Below, one piece after another: positions 37,579 through 48,000 of a stretch of 64,000 bases of DNA. This DNA is from Macrostomum hystrix. Lineage: Eukaryota > Animalia > Platyhelminthes. The stretch is from contig CATNEN010000039.1 in assembly GCA_950097015.1 (NCBI GenBank), forward strand, positions 13,578,001 through 13,642,000, in the 5' to 3' direction. How positions within the stretch are numbered: position 1 is the stretch's first letter; each line of letters starts with the position of its first letter. Both the position numbers and the translations under genes were made by a program. A model generated the notes under the pieces. The model worked only from the letters and a program-made list of their open reading frames with translations, was not told the DNA's origin and did not search any database.

Positions 37579-37812
37579 TTTCCTTTTGAATCTTCTTTTG
37601 ATTTTTTGATGTATTGAAAGTTCTGTCTGAAAAAGTGCTGAAAAAATCAAAGCGCTAAAAGTCTCCACTCAATATCAAAAACGGACCGATTTCCGTTGCA
37701 AATCTTAAGCATGCCAGGCTTGTCAAATTTTATGTATATATATATATATCTCTGAATTCCGAAACATTTTAACAATCTGTGCAAGCTGCACAATGATCAG
37801 TTAAACCTGCAG

Positions 37813-40800
37813 GCTTTGTCACATAGGTTGGGAAAATGTCTAACGGGTTGGTGATTTGTCTAACGGGCTGGTGATTTGTCTAACTGGTTGGTGATTTGTC
37901 TAACTGGTTGGTGATTTGTCTAACGGGCTGGTGATTTGTCTAACGGGCTGGTGATTTGTCTAACGGGCTGGTGATTTGTCTAACTGGTTGGTGATTTGTC
38001 TAACGGGCTGGTGATTTGTCTAACGGGCTGGTGATTTGTCTAACTGGTTGGTGATTTGTCTAACGGGCTGGTGATTTGTCTAACTGGTTGGTGATTTGTC
38101 TAACTGGTTGGTGATTTGTCTAACAAGCTGGTGATTTGTCTAACTGGTTGGTGATTTGTCTAACTGGTTGGTGATTTGTCTAACTGGTTGGTGATTTGTC
38201 TAACTGGTTGGTGATTTGTCTAACTGGTTGGTGATTTGTCTAACTGGTTGGTGATTTGTCTAACTGGTTGGTGATTTGTCTAACGGGCTGGTGATTTGTC
38301 TAACGGGCTGGTGATTTGTCTAACTGGTTGATGTTTTGTCTAACGGGCTGGTGATTTGTCTAACGGGCTGGTGATTTGTCTAACGGGCTGGTGATTTGTC
38401 TAACTGGTTGGTGTTTTGTCTAACGGGCTGGTGATTTGTCTAACTGGTTGGTGATTTGTCTAACTGGTTGGTGATTTGTCTAACTGGTTGGTGATTTGTC
38501 TAACTGGTTGGTGATTTGTCTAACTGGTTGGTGATTTGTCTAACGGGCTGGTGATTTGTCTAACGGGCTGGTGAATTGTCTAACGGGCTGGTGATTTGTC
38601 TAACGGGCTGGTGATTTGTCTAACGGGCTGGTGATTTGTCTAACGGGCTGGTGATTTGTCTAACGGGCTGGTGATTTGTCTAACTGGTTGTTAATTTGTC
38701 TAACGGGTTGGTGATTTGTCTAACTGGTTGGTGATTTGTCTAACTGGTTGGTGATTTGTCTAACGGGCTGGTGAATTGTCTAACGGGCTGGTGAATTGTC
38801 TAACGGGTTGGTGATTTGTCTAACGGGTTGGTGATTTGTCTAACGGGCTGGTGATTTGTCTAACGGGCTGGTGATTTGTCTAACGGGCTGGTGATTTGTC
38901 TAACGGGCTGGTGATTTGTCTAACGGGCTGGTGATTTGTCTAACTGGCTGGTTATTTGTCTAACGGGCTGGTGATTTGTCTAACGGGCTGGTGATTTGTC
39001 TAACGGGTTGGTGATTTGTCTAACGGGCTGGTGATTTGTCTAACTGGTTGGTGATTTGTCTAACGGGCTGGTGAATTGTCTAACGGGCTGGTGAATTGTC
39101 TAACGGGTTGGTGATTTGTCTAACGGGTTGGTGATTTGTCTAACGGGCTGGTGATTTGTCTAACGGGCTGGTGATTTGTCTAACGGGCTGGTGATTTGTC
39201 TAACTGGTTGGTGATTTGTCTAACTGGCTGGTGATTTGTCTAACTGGCTGGTGATTTGTCTAACGGGCTGGTGATTTGTCTAACTGGTTGGTGATTTGTC
39301 TAACTGGTTGGTGATTTGTCTAACGGGCTGGTGATTTGTCTAACGGGCTGGTGATTTGTCTAACTGGTTGTTAATTTGTCTAACGGGTTGGTGATTTGTC
39401 TAACTGGTTGGTGATTTGTCTAACTGGTTGGTGATTTGTCTAACGGGCTGGTGAATTGTCTAACGGGCTGGTGAATTGTCTAACGGGTTGGTGATTTGTC
39501 TAACGGGTTGGTGATTTGTCTAACGGGCTGGTGATTTGTCTAACGGGCTGGTGATTTGTCTAACGGGCTGGTGATTTGTCTAACGGGCTGGTGATTTGTC
39601 TAACGGGTTGGTGATTTGTCTAACGGGCTGGTGATTTGTCTAACGGGCTGGTGATTTGTCTAACGGGCTGGTAATTTGTCTAACGGGCTGGTGATTTGTC
39701 TAACTGGTTGGTGATTTGTCTAACAAGCTGGTGATTTGTCTAACTGGTTGGTGATTTGTCTAACTGGTTGGTGATTTGTCTAACTGGTTGGTGATTTGTC
39801 TAACTGGTTGGTGATTTGTCTAACGGGCTGGTGATTTGTCTAACTGGTTGGTGATTTGTCTAACTGGTTGGTGATTTGTCTAACTGGTTGGTGATTTGTC
39901 TAACTGGTTGGTGATTTGTCTAACTGGTTGGTGATTTGTCTAACTGGTTGGTGTTTTGTGTAACGGGCTGGTGATTTGTCTAACTGGTTGGTGTTTTGTC
40001 TAACGGGCTGGTGATTTGTCTAACGGGCTGGTGATTTGTCTAACTGGTTGGTGTTTTGTCTAACGGGCTGGTGATTTGTCTAACGGGCTGGTGATTTGTC
40101 TAACTGGTTGGTGTTTTGTCTAACGGGCTGGTGATTTGTCTAACTGGTTGGTGATTTGTCTAACTGGTTGGTGATTTGTCTAACTGGTTGGTGATTTGTC
40201 TAACTGGTTGGTGATTTGTCTAACTGGTTGGTGATTTGTCTAACGGGCTGGTGATTCGTCTAACGGGCTGGTGATTTGTCTAACGGGCTGGTGATTTGTC
40301 TAACGGGCTGGTGATTTGTCTAACGGGCTGGTGATTTGTCTAACGGGCTGGTGATTTGTCTAACGGGCTGGTGATTTGTCTAACGGGCTGGTGATTTGTC
40401 TAACTGGTTGTTAATTTGTCTAACGGGTTGGTGATTTGTCTAACTGGTTGGTGATTTGTCTAACTGGTTGGTGATTTGTCTAACGGGCTGGTGAATTGTC
40501 TAACGGGCTGGTGAATTGTCTAACGGGTTGGTGATTTGTCTAACGGGTTGGTGATTTGTCTAACGGGCTGGTGATTTGTCTAACGGGCTGGTGATTTGTC
40601 TAACGGGCTGGTGATTTGTCTAACGGGCTGGTGATTTGTCTAACTGGTTGGTGATTTGTCTAACTGGCTGGTGATTTGTCTAACTGGCTGGTGATTTGTC
40701 TAACGGGCTGGTGATTTGTCTAACTGGTTGGTGATTTGTCTAACGGGCTGGTGAATTGTCTAACGGGCTGGTGAATTGTCTAACGGGTTGGTGATTTGTC

Positions 40801-41589
40801 TAACGGGTTGGTGATTTGTCTAACGGGCTGGTGATTTGTCTAACGGGCTGGTGATTTGTCTAACGGGCTGGTGATTTGTCTAACGGGCTGGTGATTTGTC
40901 TAACGGGCTGGTGATTTGTCTAACTGGTTGGTGATTTGTCTAACTGGCTGGTGATTTGTCTAACTGGCTGGTGATTTGTCTAACGGGCTGGTGATTTGTC
41001 TAACGGGCTGGTGATTTGTCTAACTGGTTGGTGATTTGTCTAACTGGCTGGTGATTTGTCTAACTGGCTGGTGATTTGTCTAACGGGCTGGTGATTTGTC
41101 TAACGGGCTGGTGATTTGTCTAACTGGTTGGTGATTTGTCTAACTGGCTGGTGATTTGTCTAACTGGCTGGTGATTTGTCTAACGGGCTGGTGATTTGTC
41201 TAACGGGCTGGTGATTTGTCTAACTGGTTGGTGATTTGTCTAACTGGCTGGTGATTTGTCTAACGGGCTGGTGATTTGTCTAACGGGCTGGTGATTTGTC
41301 TAACTGGTTGGTGATTTGTCTAACTGGCTGGTGATTTGTCTAACTGGCTGGTGATTTGTCTAACGGGCTGGTGATTTGTCTAACGGGCTGGTGATTTGTC
41401 TAACTGGTTGGTGATTTGTCTAACGGGTTGGTGATTTACGTCTAACGGGCTGGTGATTTGTCTAACGGGCTGGTGATTTGTCTAACGGGCTGGTGATTTG
41501 TCTAACGGGCTGGTAATTTGTCTAACTGGTTGGTAATTTCTCTAACAGACAGTTAGAAAATCCCAAGCGCATTAGGAAAAGGCGATACT
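37813..41589 (+). repeat. 20-bp minisatellite (GGTGATTTGTCTAAC(G/T)GG(C/T)T)n inside a MITE-like element, copy B (~186 units)
   Basis: Same flanks and inverted right arm as copy A, about 6-fold longer. Confidence 0.95.
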
Positions 41590-41879
41590 AATTAATTATA
41601 ATAACCAAATCAACAGCATTATTGGTCAAGAAAGCTCATACTTTGTCTACAAAGTGTCAATTTGTAGACACTTTGTTAATTACTTAAATTATCACTTCAA
41701 TTTTGATCAGTTTCTACCAAAACGAAAAGAGCCTGATGCAAATTTTTGAATTTACGCACTTTGTTTAGACAAGTAGGACTCGTTTTTTTCTTTCACAACT
41801 TATTTTTTTTTGTCAAACTTTACGACAATTGGCAAATAAACTTCAGAAAGTGGACTGAATCTTAGACCTTGCTTTCTGA

Positions 41880-42270
41880 TCTGATCTCCGCTTTCATATC
41901 TTTCCTCTTAGTTCTCCTATCTCAGATCTCCCCTCTCAGATCTCCCCTCTCAGATCTCCCCTCTCAGATCTCCTATCTCAGATCTCCCCTCTCAGATCTC
42001 CTATGTCAGATCTCCCCTCTCAGATCTCCTATCTCAGATCTCCCCTCTCAGATCTCCCCTCTCAGATCTCCCCTCTCAGATCTCCTATCTCAGATCTCGC
42101 CTCTCAGATCTCCCCTCTCAGATCTCCCCTCTCAGATCTCCTATCTCAGATCTCCCCAACCAGATCTCCTATCTCAGATCTCCCCTCTCAGATCTCCCCT
42201 CTCAGATCTTCCATCTCAGATCTCCCCTCTCAGTTCTCCTATCTCATATCTTCCTTCTATCTCATATCTC
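41880..42270 (+). repeat. 14-bp minisatellite (AGATCTCCCCTCTC)n, copy B
   Basis: Seen directly. Confidence 0.95.
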
Positions 42271-42274
42271 AAGA

Positions 42275-43010
42275 CCTCCGAACACTACGTTGTACACTTC
42301 GGGTGTTGCCTGTGCGAATAGAGTTGTAGAGTTGAGCACCTTGTCCGACACCAGGATCGGTTCCCAACGCAAACGCGAAAATTGAGTATCCGCTTCCATA
42401 GTCCTGCATCGCGAATGCAATGTCTCGTCCTTGCAGATACCTGCTGCTGACATTCGCATGTTCGAAATTGAACTGGTTTGTATCCATGCTACCATTGAAA
42501 GCATTGTTCTTCACAAAGGTCAACAGAAGCAGCCTTGTTACTACACTGGGGAATAGATTTTCGTGCGTATGACTTAAGGATCCACGCGGAATAGTAAAGG
42601 TACCCAGACTCAAACTGCGGTGTGGATACAATGCATAGTGACTCCTCAAACCGTACGCATGTGCTCCAATCACACTCGGCGATGGTTGCACAAACCGAAC
42701 TCGTAGCTCCGCTTGAAGAATTTATATGGTATTAATCCTTCAATGATCCGTAGCAGCGACACCTGAACCACTCAAAACAAACTAGCTTTTTGCTGGAAGC
42801 AGCTTCAGCCGTAGAGCATGTAACGCGGCTGTCGAAACAAGTCGAGAAACAGAGGCCCCGAAACCGTGCATTTGTTGCTGTCCGCAATCAGAGCCTTTAC
42901 CGGAGCCTTTACCGGACCAGAATTGTCTGCACCTCCATGCAGTTTTCCACTAGTGTCCTTGTAGAATCCCCACGGAGCCAACGCACTCTGAGCTACGCTT
43001 CCTTATTCTA
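42275..43010 (-). pseudogene. Polinton/adintovirus major capsid protein relic (copy B)
   Basis: Fragmented frames give GFYKDTSGKLHGGADNSG, VSGPLFLDLFRQPRYMLYG, ELRVRFVQPSPSVIGAH...ALYPH...FTIPRG...ENLF...FVKNNAFNGSMDTNQFNFEH, GYSIFAF and FAQATPEVYNVVF. These are collinear with Polinton-type MCP motifs. Confidence 0.8.
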
Positions 43011-43321
43011 GCAGTGTTAGTAGCATGGCTTAATTTTGAAGTAACTTTAACTTGATGCCAATATGCCCTCTGTGAGCACTCCTCTGCAAGTTCTAAGTAA
43101 CAATTGTCTGCGTGTTTTGTTTGTTACCGATTGTTGAAGCACACCTGCATATGCGTTAATCCATTTGAATTTGCGTTGTTGCTTCAAGGTAAACACAAAT
43201 TAATAATCTGAAGAAAGGAACTAGCCAGCTAACATTACATCTCTGCATTTCCGACATTTGCATCTCCAATCTTGCATTTCCCAGTTTGACAGATTCCATA
43301 GAAAGCAGGGGAAAACTGGCC

Positions 43322-43593
43322 TCGATCGATCGCTGTGTGTGGGGTTTGCTTTACTTCTTCACCCCAGGCGACATGTCTATGGCCTAAACTGTCGCACACT
43401 GTATAACCCTGTGCTTCCTCGCAAAGTTCCATGACTTAACTTGCCCTTTCTGAGAGACATGCCTGTTGTGAGCCAAGAAATTCGTTAGAGAATCGTTTCG
43501 CTTCGAGAGGACGCAGGCTGGTCGCTTGGCAGGATTATATATCTGATTATCTGTGAAGAAGTAAAGCAAACCCCACACACAGCGATCGATCGA
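43322..43593. repeat. Perfect 41-bp inverted repeat enclosing 190 bp
   Basis: 43322-43362 is the exact reverse complement of 43553-43593. Confidence 0.85.
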
Positions 43594-45018
43594 CAGAAGG
43601 CTTCCTAGACACTCTGTGGAGCTTGTCAGCGCGTGAAGAAAGTTGGCCATAGACTGCTTGCTCTATGTCATTCTGTCACTTTTTTTATTCGACCTGTCTG
43701 TGCTAAACGGCAAGCTGTTCCGAGCCACTCCAGAATAAAAAAAATACGGTGAAACAGAAAATGTTGCAGAGATTCCCAGCTTTCATTTGCACTAATTTTC
43801 ATTTGAATCGGATGGAAATTATGGATACTAGAGGCAACAGAAGCAACCGTACAATAACTTTTGTTAGACAGTATATTTTCGAAATGGCGAAAAATATCAA
43901 TATTTTGCGGTGCAACTTTGCGAATTTTTGTCTTCAAACAAAAATTTCCTTAAACAATATGATAAGCACAGCTCACTAGCTAAAATAGGCAGACACAGAA
44001 GCTTAAACTAAAATGCAGAGAATTTATGAGCTTTCTAATGAAGCAAACATTTAGAATATTTGTTTCGCCTTGAGAAAGTTATAAGTGTTTTCTCCTAGTA
44101 GTGCAATAGAATTTGAATTTCCTATCTGCTTAGTGTAACTTTCGGCCAGCTAGTCAGCCCATACTGGTCCGGAAAATGGGGGTTTGGCGGGGAGTTGTCT
44201 CATAATTTCTAGATTCAGAGCTCTATGGTTGCTCCCTGATTAATAGCAGGTAACAAAAAACTCTCTGGCTTGCTCATTGTTTGCAATCAATAACATTTTC
44301 AAAGTTTTGCTCATTCATGGCAGTATGGCGGTAAAGTAAAGATGACAAAATCACTGACTGCAGAGCTGTGCTGAAAGACCTGCTATTGTTCGGAACTGAC
44401 TTCATGAGAAAAATCTTGGAGAATTCATAAACACTTACTTTTAAAGCTGCATGCGGGCTTGTAAGTAAATTTATACAAAAAAATTAAATCCGTACAACAA
44501 GGAGCTTTCGTACTACGAGCACGAGAAGCAATAGAAACATTAGGGGAGAAGTGATGTTGCCACTTAAATTATTCGAGAAGCAAACAATAAATCACGATTA
44601 ATATGGCAGTGCAGCTGTTATATAACCATTTATATTTCATTTACTTTAGATGTAATACGCTTAAAACGGATAAGTATTCTGTGAAGTAAAATAAAAAGTA
44701 AATAGAATGAGCAAAATATCACAGATTGATCATAAGGACCATTTAAAATCTGAATTAAACGGGATAAGTTATTAAATTTACTTCCATTTAGTATGCATTG
44801 TAGTGAGCAGCTAGGTGGTAAAAAAGCTAAGAGAAAATTTGAGACAAGCAATTAAAAAATGTCTAAACCTTTTTTAGAAGACACGAAAATTCTGATTAAA
44901 GGATTTAGACTTTCAATAATTTTGATTTCTTCTTTCACGAGAAAAGTTTCAATATCTGAATAAGAAAAGTGTTTAAACTGTTAAAATGGTTTGCTTCGGC
45001 TTGGCTTGGCTTCGTGAC

Positions 45019-48000
45019 TTAGCTGCAGGCCGCATCGCCGCCCATCCGGGCTCTTGATTGGACGCCGCCCCCGCGCAGCAGTCGCATGAATAGCGAGTCC
45101 GAGGACACACCGATGCTCGCTCCCTGGTTGCTCCAGCCGGATGCATGGCTTTGTAGCATTGTGTCACTAGTCAGCGGTAGCTGCAAAGAACGGCAGATTA
45201 ACCGTATGCCCATGATGGGTCTAATTGATAATTGAAATCTACTCAAGAGGGCTCCGTATTTCGAGTAAAAAGAACTCACCCTCGACTCGAATGTCGAGTC
45301 AGCCAAGTCAAGCGCGGTGGTTCTTGACGGTCGTCGAGTGATCTTACCCATCTGAGGGCCCCACCTGCTGTCTGGCAGCATCAAAGTGCGGATTTTCTGC
45401 ACGCAGGTAAAGTGACAAATCCAACAGAATCAGTTAGTTCGATCAAATAGATTCATAAAAAGTAATAATAACCTATAGGACTGCTACGCCATTTGCCGCC
45501 CGTTTTTATATAAAAGGAATGCAAATTATATACAGGGAATTCCCCCCCCCCTGAAAATTTTTGTGACTGGCAAAGCCTAAATCCTAACAGTATTGGGTGA
45601 TGGCTGATTGGTTGACAGACTAGGCGATGGTGACCTGTGGTTGAGCTGCGCCTAATATTTAGGCTTGATCTTACTTACTTAATTGCAGGGGGGCCTGGGA
45701 CACTTGACGCACAAGCGCAGGAACGGCATGCCCCCAGGCCGGCGAACTAGGCGGGAGTCGCCCATCGCGCCATCTAGACCCCTGAACACAGGCACCTCAT
45801 ACACAGCCGCAAGCCAAGCGGGGAAGGGGGCGGCAGCCGGAGTGCCTCTCACCCCAGGCCCGCACACGCACAGAGCTGACCAAACAAGGGGAGGACTTAC
45901 ATGCCTGAAGGGTAGGGACGAGAGGACCAAGCCACGCGCGCAGACGGCTGGTGAAACCTCGCCGCTCAGAGCACGCATGGCTGGTGCACACCCGCCCCAC
46001 CCCCCATACAACGCCTCACACCCGGCCCAACGCACAAACACAAACACAAACAAGCAGGCATGCAGAAGGCAGGAGCGAAGCTATTATTTCAAGCTTTGAT
46101 TGCACGAAATATGGTGCACCTCCGCCGGTCGCTACTGTCCAAACCCCCCAACAAGTCCCGAAATTAATCGTGACTTGAAGGGTGAATCGAACTAGCGTCC
46201 TTTGGAGTGCGAGGCAGCGACGTTAGCCGCTGACCCACTCGCCCCCTTAGGCTTGATCAGTGAAATTTGATTAATTCGCGTCAGGGTGTTCATAGTGGCC
46301 TAGTTCCACCTATTGTAGCCCTTGAAGGTCCAGCAATCCATCTAGATGAAGGTAGGTGACCGCCAAAGACGGAGATGATGCAGGCACATTCGTGTTACAT
46401 GCTAATAAAGTTTGGCAAGGCCGTACTGAAGCGCAGTGCTAATTCGTGTATAGAGGTGTATGAAATACACTAGCGCGTATGGGAAAATCTGACCTTCGGC
46501 CAGAACCATTGAATATCTCGACGGTCTGAAGAGCTGGCGACTTGATTCTTATTTCAAAAGATGCGCAACAAAACGTTGGCCACTGTTCTTGGGTTTTAAT
46601 GTGCTTGCGCTGCTCCATTCGGGTGAGTTGGCCCTTAAAGTCGTAAAAATCACCCCAAGCCTTCTCTCCGCGGCTGCGCCCCAAATGAATGCGCCCTCGC
46701 TGCGGAATCGAGCTCAGGGTGGGACAACTGCTCTGCCCCTCTTTTCGGTGTATTGTTCCTTAGAAATTAATTATTGGATTATTGTTGTGCTGTGAGAACT
46801 TTAATATTTACCTCTTTTATCGACATACTACCCTTCATTCTGACGACCTTGTAGATAGCAACACCTGGAATGGGCATGACAACCAGAACGCTAATGATCC
46901 AGCCGGTAATGTCGGCACTTCTTGGAAATTCGTAAAGGCCATACTTCGACGGCTTGACAGATGTAAAAGTAAAAATTGCCACCGAGATGATCACTATGGG
47001 TGACAAAAACTGCCAAACTATTCTCCAGAACATTCTATAGCGGCGAATATAGGGGTTCATTTCCTCAATATTGTCCAGGAAGCGATCGGCTCCGTACACC
47101 CACGTGATGACCACGAGTTCTAGGAATCCAACGACAAGAACAGAATAGGTGCAGCTGTAGTTGTCCAACAGTTGCAGTACAAACATGCCGCCCTGTATGA
47201 AAGTAAATGGCGAGACTTTTACTCAGAATTCAATCTTGATTTCAAGCATGCATGCAGGGGGTTGTGGCCTAGTGGTTAGGGCGTTGGACTCACGACTTAA
47301 AGGTCGGGAGTTCGATTCCCGACTCCACCAGAACAATTTGTGTCCTTTAGCAAGACACTTAACTCTGGATTGCTTCAGCTGTAAAATGGGTACCAGCATT
47401 AGCTGGGGTAATTGAGGGTGGGTGTGGCGTCCCCCATGCAGTCCATGGACTGAACAGCCGTACTGAATGGGCCACGCAATAGCTTCGGCTGTGCCGTGAC
47501 TGCAAATCTAGCCCAATTAAGGCAGATCAATTAAAAATAATTAAATTCTATGTATAATACATATTGAGCACCCCAATGACTACCAGGTGAAGAAAGACGG
47601 CAAACTACGTTTCTTAGAAAAAGTCTAGGAGGCTGGTGTTCGCCAAAAAATAAATTACAGAGATGAAAATCTTTCACAATTTCTCATAAAAATGAAAGTC
47701 TTCTTTTAGAAGCTGGTCTTCATTCTATATAACTTAACAATTTAATCTACTATGTTGATTCAACAATGTTAAAAGGCTTTATTTCTCATTTTTATGCCAC
47801 TATAGTGATATCTTTAGGGTTCTTTAATATAAAGAACGAAAAGTATAAAGTATAAAGTATATATAGCTATTTTAAGAAATGTACGAGTAGAAACGCTTAA
47901 CTGATTAACTGATCTTAGAATGCTTGAAACAAAAAGTTCGGAGTGGTTTTGCTTCCAGGAGCTCAATGCATTTTAGTTATGTTGAGAAGTGCGACAGAAA

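Noticed and set aside
31441-42329. Arrays as CRISPR-like loci or repeat-protein genes ([23 protein letters not shown])
   Set aside because: No unique spacers, no cas genes, and a eukaryotic context; these are plain tandem repeats.
45679-46178. GC-rich ORFs of 67-138 aa
   Set aside because: They lie entirely within the TSD-flanked SINE.
47256-47330. tRNA gene
   Set aside because: The tRNA-like head continues into a shared SINE body with multiple diverged copies, and there is no Pol III T-run terminator after the head.
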